Below are positions 13,064 through 25,385 of a DNA stretch of 64,000 bases, piece after piece. Origin of the DNA: Eledone cirrhosa. Taxonomy: Eukaryota. A program made the translations under genes and the position numbers. Positions within the stretch are counted from its first letter, which is position 1, and the number at the start of each line of letters is the position of its first letter. Location: positions 30,070,001-30,134,000 of the forward strand of contig OZ024741.1 of assembly GCA_964016885.1 (NCBI GenBank), read 5' to 3'. Below the pieces are notes generated by a model. That model saw only the letters and a program-made list of their open reading frames with translations. It was not told the origin of the DNA and did no database searches.

Positions 13064-13867
13064 TGCGGATGCTGTTCACGACACATCTAACCTCATGGAT
13101 AGAGAGAAAGCGAATATACACGCTGCCCAGAGTAGGGCGAAATCAGGTGTTATCTGCATCAAATAAAGGCTCTCATGGATTGGGGAAAATGCTAGAATGA
13201 GCAGCCCAACCATTCGAATTTATTAGCTCAACAATTTGGAGCTCGTTAAGTATACGGGGATCGGAATTAAGAGTATTCCGCAGTTCACAGTAATAATATT
13301 AGCTCAAAGAGGATTAGCTCAAATACAAAAATAAATATATTACACTGTTACACAGTGAGATGTGTGAAAAGAATTATTACAATTGCGTTTTACCGTTACT
13401 GTATAGAGAACAATATCTACAGGTTTAGCAATTAAATAGAAAAAAAAAAAAAGTCAAAATCAAATCTCTGCAGTAGATGTCGCCCTATTCTGGGCAGCGT
13501 GTATATTCGCTTTCTCTCTATCTGTGGGCTGTTGTATATTCGCTTTCTCTCTATCTGTGGGCTGTTGTACTGTACATTTCTGTGGTGAAACGAACTAGAT
13601 TCGTATCAGCAAACTTATAGTTATAAGGTTGGTAATTTAAAACTCTACTACAGAGATTTGATTCTGACTTAATTTTTTTCTATTTAATTGCTAAACCTGG
13701 AGATATTGTTCTCTATACAGTAACGGTAAAACACACTTGTAATAATTCTTTACACACAACTCACTCTGTAACACACTTCTCTTTGTGTAATATATTTATA
13801 TTTGTATTTGAGCTCAAAAGAAAGTTCTCTATTACTCTTTGAGCTAATATTATTATTGTTACTATAA

Positions 13868-14057
13868 CGGCGGTTGATTGGCAGTATCGGTAGAGGGTCG
13901 AAGGCTATGCTTTCCAGCATAGTTACGTCCCCTTACGATCTGAGTTCAGATCTCGCCGAGGTTGACTTTGCCTTTCATCCTTGCGGGGTTGATAAAATAA
14001 AGTACCAGTAATGTACTGAGTATTTGCTGGCCTTGTGCCTAAAGTAGAAACAATTAT
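13868..14057 (+). mobile_element. tRNA-derived CORE-type SINE (octopus OR/OK-like)
   Basis: A box TGGCAGTATCGG, B box GAGTTCAGATC, core gactttgcctttcatcctt..ggggt.gataaaata, tail ggccttgtgcc..aagtagaaac. Many copies in the window. Confidence 0.85.
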
Positions 14058-14154
14058 TATTATTACTGTGAACTGCGGAATACTCTTAATTCCGATCCCC
14101 GTATATATACATATATATTTATACATACATATATATTTATATATACATATATAC

Positions 14155-14223
<69 letters not shown>

Positions 14224-14248
14224 TATATACATATATATATATATATAT

Positions 14249-14700
14249 TATGAAGAGAGAAGAAACATTTAGATATAATTAGTAATAAAATGTATCATAC
14301 CTAAACTGCTCCTAGATTCCTCGACTACGTAGTTTCGTGGCATAAACAAAAACAATACATCATAAAGATATAGAGTCCTTGCGAGGTCTGCCGACTTATC
14401 AAGAGGATACCTCATTTTACTAGTCTCAAGAACGCGTCTACACGACGTGAGAAAGAATCCCAAAAGGCGGAGGGGGAGATAGTCACGCGATATAACGGTC
14501 GAGAAACAGAGCTAAGCCTCTTATAACCCCGAAGAAAATACCACGGAGGCGGAGGGGGTATTTATATCGAAGCCGTAGAAGAGGTGTGAAGGGGACGAGA
14601 AGTATGAGTAATGGAAGCTTTCCAGCAGTCCCCACACCTCAAAGATTGCTCGACCAGAGGGAGTTATTAACAATATATTTAGAAACACACAGATACATAC
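14249..14700 (-). mobile_element. ~450-nt non-coding HHR-bearing unit (inverted partner of 18347-18794)
   Basis: Reverse complement of 18347-18794 with few differences. Confidence 0.85.
14318..14407 (-). ncRNA. Type-I hammerhead, U3:A8 variant
   Basis: TCCTC-TTGATAA-GTcGGCA...TGCCAC-GAAA-CTACGTAG-TC-GAGGA. Confidence 0.8.
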
Positions 14701-14770
14701 ATATGTATATATAAATATATGTATATATATATGTATATATGTATATACATATGTATATATACATTTATAT

Positions 14771-14807
<37 letters not shown>

Positions 14808-14811
<4 letters not shown>

Positions 14812-17800
14812 TACAACAAATACAACAACAATAACAGAAGAGGGAATTCAACCCTATCCAAAGTTGTAACCACAATTCCAATCAAAAACTGCTTCCTGAA
14901 CAAAAAACAAATTTTTCTTTTTTATCCATGAACCAGGCAAAAGAGATAGAGAAAAACATTTTAGCCACCAGTCAACACCATTCTTGCTGTGACTAACACA
15001 CAATCACAAAACAAGCCCCCTGCAACAGTCAAAACCAGCCACCACACTAGCCTCCACATTCTTACTCAATACACAAGGTATCAGCCCATCCATCAATGCA
15101 CAGAAATGGAAGATCCAATTCATTGAGGGTTATATTGGTAACCATCCATTTCACATCCCCTTCTTCATTCTTACTGAGACCCACCTTGACAACTCCCACT
15201 TGGAGGCTGAAGTAAGAGTGAGAAATTTCCCAACCATCCGTGCGGATCGTGTTGGCAGAAGGAAGGGTGGAACTGCCATTTTCCTGCATGATTCCTTTAC
15301 GGCATATGACAACACAACATTCTCTAATGGATACTGTGAATCAGTCATTGTGCACAATAAAGCCAATGACCTGTCATTAGTTGGGTTCTATAGGCCGCCA
15401 CAAACACCAATAATCTGCTTCAAAGAACGCCTCAACAGTATTAAATGCTTTATTAAACAGTGCCATTCTAGCAACATACTTTTGATGGGAGACTTTAATC
15501 TACCCTGTGTCGATTGGTGGACATGTAGTTTGAAACCAGGCACCACATCCTCAACCACTAACAAAGAGGCTGTCGAGTCATTTCTTGACTTCATGAATGA
15601 GTTTTTCTTGTCCCACCTTGTCCTTGCACCAACGAGGCATCACAAGGACATTCTGGATCTAGTATTTGGTAACCACACTAACACTATACATAATATTACA
15701 AGAATAGCCCTTCTCTCAGACCATGACATGGTTCTTTGTAACCTGCGATTCCTCCAGCCGAAAGCCAATCCCAGGGTCCTCTCTCCAGCCAACCCATTTG
15801 ATAAAATGGATCTCTACAATGCCAACTAGGATGCAATTATGAACGAACTATCACATGTCGACTGGTATTTTACACACGCACACACTTTCACCAACATCAA
15901 AACATCTTGGCAGATCTTTGTAGACACTGTCACAAATATATGTACAAAACACACCCCACCAAAACCTGTGAACAAAACCAAGTGCAGTATCCCCCAAAAC
16001 AGAAAAACAATTATCATAAAAATAAAAAGAGCAAAGAAAAATTAATTTACTAAAATACTGCCAACAACAACAAGCACATTCAATAGCTATCACCCTGCAT
16101 GAATCAAAAAAATATAACCTCCAGCAATGGATGATGACCATCATCAATAACCAGAGAAGAGCTGAAGAGAGGTGGGCCATTGAGAAAATCAAACTCAACC
16201 CCAAAGCTTTGTTTTCATTTGCTAAAAAACACAAGGTCACCGTCTCCACTGTTGGCACCCTAGTTGATGAAAATGGCACACTCCAGGACAATGCCAAAAC
16301 AATGGGCGAGATACTGCAGAAACAATACTGCTCTGTTTTCAGCAATCCTGATATGGCCGATCTGGGCCGTATCAGTGATGTTAAACCCCAACACACTATA
16401 TCAGACATAACGTTTGGCGCCCCTGATGTCTTAGCGGAAATAAACGGAATTAAACACAATTCAGCAGTAGGCCCTGACAGGTTCCCTGCTTGTGTCCTGA
16501 AGGTGTGTCGACACCAACTTGTATCTCCTCTTGCTAATCTGTGGAGGAACTCACTGGACACTCGCTATATTCTGGAAAACTTTCTCTCCCAGTCCGTTGT
16601 CCCAGTCTTCAAAAAGGGAAATAAGTCGCTTGCAGTGAACTACCGTCCGATTTCACTCACCTCTCATAATATCAAGGTATTTGAGAGGGTGGTGAGATCA
16701 CGAATAACCCACTTTCTTAAAAGCAATGCCCTACTGAACTCCAACCAACGTGGGTTCCGTAATGGAAGGGACTGCCTAACGCAGCTCCTGCATCACTTTG
16801 TCGGTGTTCTGAGAGCGTTGGGAGAGGGCTCCAACACTGATGTCATCTACCCTGACTTCAACAAGGCCTTCGACAGGGTTGATCATAAGATTCTACTGAA
16901 AAAAACTATCCAATGTTGGTGTCTCTGGAAGGTTACTACAGTGGATCAAATGTTTCCTGACAGGCAGAACCCAGCATGTTGTAGTCGAAGGAGTAAAATC
17001 AAGCCCAGCAAAATCAAGGCACTGTGTTGGGACCACTTCTTTTCAGCATCTATATTAATGACATTACTGACATCATCAAACACAGCAACATCAGAATCTT
17101 CGCAGATGATTCCAAGCTCCAAAGGATCATCAATGAGGTGGGTGACCGGCTTGCCTTCAGTCAGACCTACTGGTTGTTATCCAATGGGCAGAAATGAATA
17201 ATATGCTGTTGAAGGAAGATAAATTTGAATGAATCCACTTTGGAAAAAAGGATGCCCTGAAACTACCATACTCTCTTCCTTCAGGTGAAACTCTAGTGGC
17301 TTCCAATAACATCAGAGACCTGGGAGTAATTGTGTAGAACGATATAGGCTGGGCCACTCATATAAACAGCAAAGTTGATATGGCCCGCAGGATGTGTTCC
17401 TGGATTCTTAGAACTTTCCAGTTGAGAGATATCCACACTGTTATCCTTCTCTTCTCCACTTTTTCCCGACCCCACATCGAATACTGTTTTCCACCGTGGT
17501 CATCCCACACGAAACCAAGTATCATGAAAGTTGAAGCACCCCAAAGGTCAATTACAAAAAAGATAGATGGCATGACAGGCCTTGACCTTTGGAGTCAATT
17601 AGAAAAGCTCAAACTTTATTCTCTCCAACGTCGCCATGAGCGCTACATTATCTGTATAATGTAGAAAATATTCCATCAGCTTTGCCCAAATGATGTTGGC
17701 ATCACCTTTAGTATACACCCAAGGCTTGGGCCCCGTGCTATCCGCCCACGACAAAAATCCCACTCGCATCACATAACAACAATACGGCACAGTTATTTCA

Positions 17801-18051
17801 GCTCAATTGGCCCTGCACACTTTAACAATACACAAAGACACATCAAAGCAAAACAGATCCCATCAAGTTCAAGAAGTCTTTGGATAAATTACTTCAAGAA
17901 ATCCCGGATATGCCTCCGTAAACAATAACTCTCTGCTCGAGTGGGCCATGGTGTCCAAACACTGATTTGTAAGACTTCGCCAGGTGGTGCTATTAAGTTA
18001 GACATGGCCTGGGCTAACACTGGCCGAAACCTATCAAAGTCAATCAAAGTA
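14808..18051 (+). mobile_element. Near-full-length decayed APE-RT LINE (CR1/L2 group)
   Basis: APE motifs LTETHL, RADR..RKGGG, GFYRPP, MGDFN, LDL, LSDH. RT motifs GPD, PVFKKG..NYRPISLTS, DF.KAFD.VDH, FADD. Many stops and frameshifts. Same 3' end as the 1061-2824 copy. Confidence 0.93.
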
Positions 18052-18067
18052 ATATATATATGTATAC

Positions 18068-18158
<91 letters not shown>

Positions 18159-18173
18159 GTTTTAATATAGATG

Positions 18174-18225
18174 AGATTCTACAGGACTAGAACTGTTTCA
18201 TTCATTAGAAATCATCAGGAATCTG
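18174..18225 (-). ncRNA. Degenerate hammerhead motif in a ~70-nt island inside (TA)n
   Basis: Reverse complement cagattc-CTGATGA-tTTC-taat-GAAt-GAAA-cagttctag-TC. Core intact, stems I and III imperfect. Confidence 0.5.
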
Positions 18226-18346
18226 TATATATACATGTATATATCTATATCTATATATATATATATATACTTATATATATATATACATATATATATATAT
18301 ACATATATTGGGTGCGGATGCATTCATGTATATATGTGTGTGTCCG

Positions 18347-18794
18347 CATGTATCTGTGTGTTTCTAAATGTATTAATAACTCCCTCTGGTCGAGCAATCT
18401 TTGAAGTGTGGGGACAACTGGAAAGCTTCCATTACTCATACTTCTCGCCTTCTTCACTACCTCTTCTACGGCCTCGATATGAATACCCCCTCCGCCTCCG
18501 TGGTATTTTTTTCGTGGTTATAAGAGGCTTAGCTCTGTTTCTCGACCGTTATATCGCGTGACTATCTCCCCCTCCGCCTTTTGGGATTCTTTCTCACGTC
18601 GTGTAGACGCGTTCTTGAGACTAGTAAAATGAGGTATCCTCTTGATAAGTCGGCAGACCTCGCAAGGACTCTATATCTTTGATATATTGTTTTTGTTTAT
18701 GCCACGAAACTACGTAGTCGAGGAATTTAGGAACAGTTTAGGTATGATACATTTTATTACTAATTATATCTAAATGTTTCTTCTCTCTTCATAA
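18347..18794 (+). mobile_element. ~450-nt non-coding HHR-bearing unit (inverted partner of 14249-14700)
   Basis: See 14249-14700. Confidence 0.85.
18637..18724 (+). ncRNA. Type-I hammerhead, U3:A8 variant
   Basis: TCCTC-TTGATAA-GTcGGCA...TGCCAC-GAAA-CTACGTAG-TC-GAGGA. Stem III is the palindrome ACTACGTAGT, with a GUC site. Confidence 0.82.
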
Positions 18795-18803
18795 TGTATA
18801 TAC

Positions 18804-18847
<44 letters not shown>

Positions 18848-18984
18848 ATATATATACATATATATATACATAAATGTAAGTATGTATGTACATTTAAATA
18901 TCAGCAGTACTAAGAGTGAAGCATGAAATTTCGTTTCATTCTTTTCCATTTATATATACATATATATAACTACATATATATATA

Positions 18985-21135
18985 AGGTAAATTTCTTTAA
19001 GTCGTTTGGAAGCCTCGACAATGCAGATGGGTAAATCTCCGGGTAACAAGTTCCGGTGTTGGAGAGAGAGATGTAAGTGGGTGTACGTTGAGATGCGTGG
19101 CGTGTATAAGACTGTAACGTGTAGAGGAATGTAGGAAAGATCGTAAACGATATAAATAAATATAACAACACAAGAAAGAGTTACCTTGGGAGAGATTTAA
19201 TTGTCCCTATATATTTCGGATTAACATCCATCAACAGGGTTTTGTTCCGGGGGGTGGGGTGGTTGGGTGGAAGTTTGTCTGTCAGAAATGTGCGAAACGT
19301 GTCCTCCGCTGTTCGTTGTTTTGAATATCTGAGGTATCTAGCAGAGCGCGCGTGCGCGTGAAATGGGGTCGGTCAGGCAGAGGTCAGCGGCGGAAGTAGT
19401 TCTTTCAATTGTGGGAGTGGGGTGGCGCTACCTGTCAGTCCATTCTCTGGCTGTTTGGTGAATGTTACTGTGTGTGTGTGCGTGTGTTGTTGTCTCGCTT
19501 GAGTGTGTGTGTGTGTGTGTTGTTGCCTTGTTCCACTGTATTTTCAGTGTAGTATGAAATGCTACTGTATGTGTGCGTGTGCGTGTGTTTCTGTCTCGCT
19601 TGTTTGTGTGTGGGCGTGTGTTACTGCATCATTTGTTAACTTAAACCACACACCTCATTTCGCTTCTCTCGGATCGGTTGTTTAGTTGTGGCCCTAGGCG
19701 TTTGATCCAAAGTGCTTCCTTGATACGTAACGTGCCGAGGTTCCTTTCTGTCGCTAGAATTGTGACAATGGGCTTTCCGTCTTTGTTTCCGCATTTGGCT
19801 ATGTGTTTCCGGAAAGACGAGGCCCTGGTTTTAGTGTGTTCCTTGATCCGGATTTGCAACGGTCGGATTGTGCTACCTATATAGTATTGGTTGCACTTGT
19901 TACATTCTATCTTATACACTACGTATGTGCATAGGCAACAGTTCGCATGGCGCATCGGGCAGTCTCTGATTTCCCGGGTTTCCTGGAGAGGCATCTTCGC
20001 AGGGGGAGGGGGTGAGTGGGCCAGGTGGATGTCGAGGAGCTCCCTCCGTATAGCCTTGCGGATAGCGTTGGTGGTATTCTCGCCCAGGTGTGGCATTTTA
20101 AGGAAGCACTTGCCTTGGCTGCCTCTCTGTCTCTTGTGTCTGGTGTCTCCTACTCTGTCTGTGAGCGAGGTAGGGTAACCGTTCGTCTCCAGCACCTCGA
20201 GGAATCGCTTGGTATGAGTGACACCACTCGCGGGATCGCTGCATCTGTTTTTGATTCGCGCGATCTCATTCGTGATGTATCCTCTTTTGGCACTGTTGGG
20301 GGAGGGGGATGCGGACTTATAGTGGACGAACAGGTCCCTGCAGGCTGCCTTTCGGTAGAAATTGCAGTGGATCCCTCCATGTTCCGTGATGTTGATTCGG
20401 AAGTCGAGGAGAGCAAGTGACCCGTCGTAGTTGGGGTGTTCAACACTGAAGTCAATGTTCTCGTCCGTGTTGTTGAACGTCTCATAGATTCTGTTCGCCA
20501 TGTCTTGGGAAGATGTGAGGATGAGGATATCGTCCACGTACCTTGAGAAAAAGGTGACGGCGTTGGGGTGGCAGGCGTTGAGTGCCTTGAGCTTGAGGTT
20601 GTCCATGTAAGAGATCGCTATCCCATCCAACAGGCTTGATCCCATGGGCAGTCCCGAGGTTTGTTGGTATGTTTGGTCAAGGAATCCGAAGTAGGTGTTG
20701 TCGACGACGATGGATAGGAGTTGGTGGATGTCAGTGGTGGTGAGCCCGAAGCAGTGTAGGTCGGTGGATTTGACGCGTTCCATCAGTATATTGATGGCCG
20801 GGAGTGCCGGGACCGAGGTGTAGAGAGCGACTACATCAAGGCAGAAAGCATATCTGTTATTCTTTCTGCTGTCGGGATCCATTTGATGCAGGTACTTAAA
20901 CACCTCCTCGGAGCTGTTAACGTGTCCCGGCAAGGTGTCTAAGAGGGGTTTGAGTATTCTGGCTAGGAGCCATGACATTTTATAGAGTGGTCTTTCCACG
21001 CTCGATACAATGGGCCTGATCTTCAGGTCGGGTCCCTGTTTGTGTGTTTTCACGAGGTGGTAGAAGGCGGATAGTCTGCTGTTGCTCGTAAGGAGGTTGT
21101 ATCTCAGCTTCTTCGGGAGCTTGTGACATGTGAAG
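18985..21135 (-). mobile_element. Penelope-like element (Penelope/Poseidon-type), 5'-truncated
   Basis: See CDS 19641-21173. GC-richer than the flanks; 3' UTR/pLTR with HHR at 19205-19239. Confidence 0.92.
19205..19239 (-). ncRNA. Minimal hammerhead motif (A6 mutated) in PLE pLTR
   Basis: cc-CTGTTGA-t-GGA-tgttaa-TCC-GAAA-TATA-TA-gg, then ATTAAA. Confidence 0.6.
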
Positions 21136-21173
21136 GAATACTTAATATTTTCATCCTCACGAAGGTAATCCAT
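19641..21173 (-). CDS. PLE reverse transcriptase + GIY-YIG endonuclease, open 510-aa frame; the first ~12 codons come from the neighbouring element
   Basis: KTHK..RPIVS, LDVVALYTSVP, GLPMGS, RYVDDIL, LLDFRI, FYRK, then VVYKIEC..C...YIGST.R...RIKEH...EALWI...PQLN. Confidence 0.9.
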   Translation of the reverse strand: MDYLREDENIKYSFTCHKLPKKLRYNLLTSNSRLSAFYHLVKTHKQGPDLKIRPIVSSVERPLYKMSWLLARILKPLLDTLPGHVNSSEEVFKYLHQMDPDSRKNNRYAFCLDVVALYTSVPALPAINILMERVKSTDLHCFGLTTTDIHQLLSIVVDNTYFGFLDQTYQQTSGLPMGSSLLDGIAISYMDNLKLKALNACHPNAVTFFSRYVDDILILTSSQDMANRIYETFNNTDENIDFSVEHPNYDGSLALLDFRINITEHGGIHCNFYRKAACRDLFVHYKSASPSPNSAKRGYITNEIARIKNRCSDPASGVTHTKRFLEVLETNGYPTSLTDRVGDTRHKRQRGSQGKCFLKMPHLGENTTNAIRKAIRRELLDIHLAHSPPPPAKMPLQETREIRDCPMRHANCCLCTYVVYKIECNKCNQYYIGSTIRPLQIRIKEHTKTRASSFRKHIAKCGNKDGKPIVTILATERNLGTLRIKEALWIKRLGPQLNNRSERSEMRCVV

Positions 21174-24128
21174 ATTATATTATATTATCTTATATTTAAA
21201 AAAAAAAAATTATATTGAAATAATTCACATTATATAATTTAGAGAATAATTACAGTTATAACTTTAAAAATTTAACATTAACAATTAGAATGCCTTAAAG
21301 TATCTAAAGGCCTTATAATTAACTTTAAAAGGGGTATTATTAAATTAGATATATGCAATTGTCTAAATATATATACAAAGATCATATTGTCTAACGTTCA
21401 AGGCGATATTAGTCAGTTATACATAACATAATATAATATAATATAATGTAATATAATAAATAAGTTACTGTTAATATTGTTAAAAATTAAGGTTATTATA
21501 TTAGGATCATGTAATACATATATACTATAAATATACAAATCAAACTTCATGAATCATAAGCATAAGAACCAGATTCAAAGTAAAAAAGTAAATTGTTTGC
21601 GATCATAAAAGTGCCAAATATCTAAGCTATATGATTTAAAAATACAAGAACATTTTTTTAATGATCTATATTGTAGTATAATATCATATTTGAAGTGTTT
21701 GCAAACACGAGGAAGACAAAAGTTAAGATTTTCATTGACCCGAAGGTATTCCGAATTTAATTAAATTAAAAAATAGTAATCGTTATATAATTTAGAAAAT
21801 ATTTAACAATTATAACACTAGAATGTCCTTAAGTATCTAAAGTACTTACAAATGTAGCTAGAAGCATTTATTATACTAGATATACACATTTATCCAAATA
21901 TTCTGTTCGGAAATCAAGGCGATATTAGTGATCCATATACATATAATAAATAATAAATACAATCATTGTTAGTAAAGTTATAATTGAAGTTTTACATCAA
22001 GTTAAGTAGAAAAAGTTTGTTGACTACGATCGTTTGCGACGCATATATCATAAATATATATACATAAATAGAAATATATAAATTAAACATCCTGGATGGT
22101 AAAACTAACATACTCCAAAAGAATAAATACACAAATACATAAATGCATGAATGATTTACGGTTCATTAGAACCGTTAACCATATAAGCTATATATTTAAA
22201 AATTTATACAAGAATCTCAATCAAATTAACTGTATATACACAATCAAATGATATGCATATTCATCAAGAGATCATGTTAACAATCTATATGTTTATATAC
22301 CTATATAGAACCCATTAATCTAACATTAATCTTATCTTAAAAGAATTAAAAAAAAATATTATAAGGTTTTATAATCTGTTATAACGTTTTACGCACTCAG
22401 TTGATAAGAGACGTCAACAAATTAGAACCTATTTATTTAGTGTTTTTTCCTGACCATTTGCGAGGTTTGGAATGTAGAGGAAGCTTTATGAAGGCAATTT
22501 GAGAATAAATCACTTTTTTTGTTAATTAAATTTTCATAATTAGTAATTATTAATAGGGTCTCCATGGTACAGAGATTGCAATTAGGTGATATTGAAGAAT
22601 TCAAGTAGATTCGACTATTACACAGCTTCGATCAAGAAATCGAGGATTTTAAATTTTTGTCTTTTAACGACCATATATGCTGTGATAAAGAAGTCGAAGA
22701 TTTCCTATTAGGATTCGAAAAAGAGCATTCGTGATTCGAAAATCTTGATTTAAATGTCGATGAAATTGCACCAATATAGTTGTATGTGATGTTATTTGCT
22801 TTTACGGTGCATTTATAGACCAGATTGCTATCCAGACAATTATTTTGCAGAGGGCAATTTGGTCTATTACATTTCGATTTATTGTTATTACTATAAATTG
22901 GACAACTTATATTAACATTATTAGTACTTTGAAGTGTTCCATTGATTGCGCTTAGATTAATGTTATTGTTATTCCTAGTATTAATATTGCTAGTGTTATT
23001 ATATTCATTATCGTTAAATGTTTGTTGATTATGATTTAGAATTTTACTATTTATTTTAGCGATGTTCTGGGCCATATTCATAGTTGTAGATTAAGAAAGC
23101 TTAATTGTGTGTCTGTTAAATATGGAACGGTATTTGTGTTGAATGGGGAAGGATTTATATAAAGCTTTAAAGAATAGATTTGCGAGTGGTGTTTTTATTG
23201 CTACAGAAGGTGGGGGGAGGGGGGGGGGGTTACCATATAACTGATTTAGTTCTGATTTTTTTCGCCGATTCATTCACGGTACTGGTGTTTGTATTATAAT
23301 TTTTAGAATCTCGTTTATATATGTTAGTCTTATTTTTATCAGGATCATAATTCAAATTATTATTATCTATATATTCAATATTATTTTTATAACCTGCATT
23401 TTGTAGCCCATCATTATAGTATCCTGCTTTTTCATCAAATATGGATTAATTAGCGGATATTCTAGTTATGCGTTTCTGTACACTATTGACTATTGCGTTT
23501 TTCAAGGATGTAGGGTGATTAGAGTAATAGCTAACGTAATTTAAGTTTTCATTGGGCTTATGAAAAGGGTAATAAAAACCTGAGTTTAAGTTAAGGGTAA
23601 CGTCAAAGAAATTAACTATTTTGGTACTACTTTCAACTTCTAATTGAAGGTCGTAATTTTTAAAGAATTCAATTATAGTTTTCTTAACCCTATTTAGCTC
23701 TGTATTGCTATGTTTTACAACCGTAAATAAAATATCGTCCCTATATAAACCACCGGTAATCTCCGGCAGTTTTCTATTTACCATATTTAAGATAAGAATT
23801 CCCAGAAGATCGGTCACCTGCGCTGAGTCCGATGATCCCATGGTAATATCAAAGTTTCTATTCCTATCTGAACGGGTCCAATACTCATTGTTGAAATTAA
23901 TTAGAGTTCTTCTAGCAGTTAATATGATATTGATTTCATCCGTAGTTAGATCCGTATGTTTGTAAGCATAAGACAAAGCCTTATTTAATAGGTTAGGTGT
24001 AATAGAAGAATAATAGCTTGCTATGTCCATTTGGGTGAATTTGTGATTTTTCTTATTATCTATATTTTTAAACCAGTCAATCACTTCATTGGAGTTCTTC
24101 CATAAGCTCAATTTAGACTTCAATTTCA
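21136..24128 (-). mobile_element. Second Nematis-type PLE family, decayed, with long AT-rich 3' region
   Basis: ORF pieces 23446-24123 (DIASYY, FDITMGSSDSAQVTDL, GGLYRDD), 23091-23273 (NPP) and 22632-23081 (CNRPNCPL..NC...LVYKC...YIG). The 3' region has an imperfect ~580-nt tandem duplication (21140 vs 21722). Confidence 0.9.
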
Positions 24129-24156
24129 GAGTAGGTAGAATTCATTAGAATTCAAT

Positions 24157-25055
24157 TCATGTTTCTGCAAGTACCCTCTGTACATCTTATGCTATAGACT
24201 ACGTTTCTAGTTTTACAGTTTATCCGGATAAACTGTAAAACTAGAAACGTAATCTATAGCATAAGATATACAGAGGGTCCTTGCAGAAACATGACAACAA
24301 CATACATAGGCGAGACAGCTCGTAGCATAGGTGAAAGGATAGACCAACACTAGTGGGAACTAAAAGGACGAAAAAACGGTTCAGTACTATACGAACATGC
24401 CAGACAACAACCAAACGGTAACATAGACAACATAGAAGTTAGAATAATATCTAAACATAGAAATGACCCAGCAGATAGGCAAATCAGAGAGACCAGCCAA
24501 ATAGAACTTAGAAGGCCAAGACTAAAGAGAAAAAATGAATGGAATAACAACAACACCCAAACAAACAACACTGACCTAAGAGAAGTATAAATAAATAAAT
24601 AAATAAATAAATAAATGCATACACAAGCACAATAGCAACAAACACATATAAACACACACTAGTAAACTAAGATAGAATACATTACCCAATACACAGTCAC
24701 CCAAACAAGAACACACATAAAAAAAACACTATACACACAAGCAAACGCATGCGCAGAGAAGACACAAAAATAAATAAATAAACAGACTAAATAAAGATGA
24801 CGTAAGCATACAATGCAACGGGAGGAAACATAATAGCACCACTGACAATGTTGCAGATGTGCAACGAAAGAACTTTAATAGACTATATATATGTGTTTGT
24901 GTCTATATTGTATCTGTATTTTTGGCCGTTGGTCAGTCAATGGTAACATTGTGGACCGAATAAATTAAATTAACTGATATAAAAGACACAGAGGCGAAAA
25001 CCAACCAAAGAGTGAGTGTGTTCTAGATGTCATATCAAAAACCTCGCAAAACTAA
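24157..25055 (+). mobile_element. 3' fragment of a PLE (GIY-YIG only, ...RQ..E...I...P.L..K.EW type) with 5' fold-back and pLTR
   Basis: Plus frame from 24228: INCKTRNVIYSIRY...TYIGETARSIGERIDQH*...SVLYEHA...DPADRQIRE...RPRLKRKNEW. Palindrome at 24157-24294; HHR-like motif at 24842-24880. Confidence 0.82.
24842..24880 (+). ncRNA. Degenerate hammerhead motif
   Basis: CTGACAA-t-GTTGCA-gatg-TGCAAC-GAAA-GAAC-TT. Same layout as 53383-53424. Confidence 0.55.
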
Positions 25056-25135
25056 TACATATATATATAAATGTATATATATGTAAGTATGTGTGTATAC
25101 GTACATACATATATGTATACAGACGTACAGTAGCA

Positions 25136-25239
<104 letters not shown>

Positions 25240-25385
25240 CATACAGGTACACATGTACGTATCAGTTTAACGGACGTTTATTATAACGCCCGCTCTGTCC
25301 GTTTGTAAACAAACGGACAGCCTGATTTATGCCGTACGGTGTTAAGGCAACCACGTCACCTTTTTGTTCAACACTGACACAGGAA

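Larger units (their letters stand above)
12800..14103. mobile_element. Non-coding tandem/inverted repeat complex with HHR, interrupted by a SINE
   Basis: 12805-13045 is inverted at 13555-13800 and partly repeated directly at 13335-13470. 13251-13297 is inverted at 14058-14104. Confidence 0.75.

Noticed and set aside
13120-13165. Plus-strand hammerhead at GCCC-agagta-GGGC-GAAA
   Set aside because: No CUGANGA upstream and no convincing stem III or stem I.
14249-18794. Composite DNA transposon with 450-bp TIRs carrying an RT gene
   Set aside because: The inverted units contain HHRs and resemble pLTRs. The internal LINE has its own tail and a sibling at 1061-2824 without these flanks.
20016-20485. 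Overlapping and antisense ORFs within the Poseidon-type PLE
   Set aside because: Shadow frames expected in GC-richer coding sequence; no motifs.
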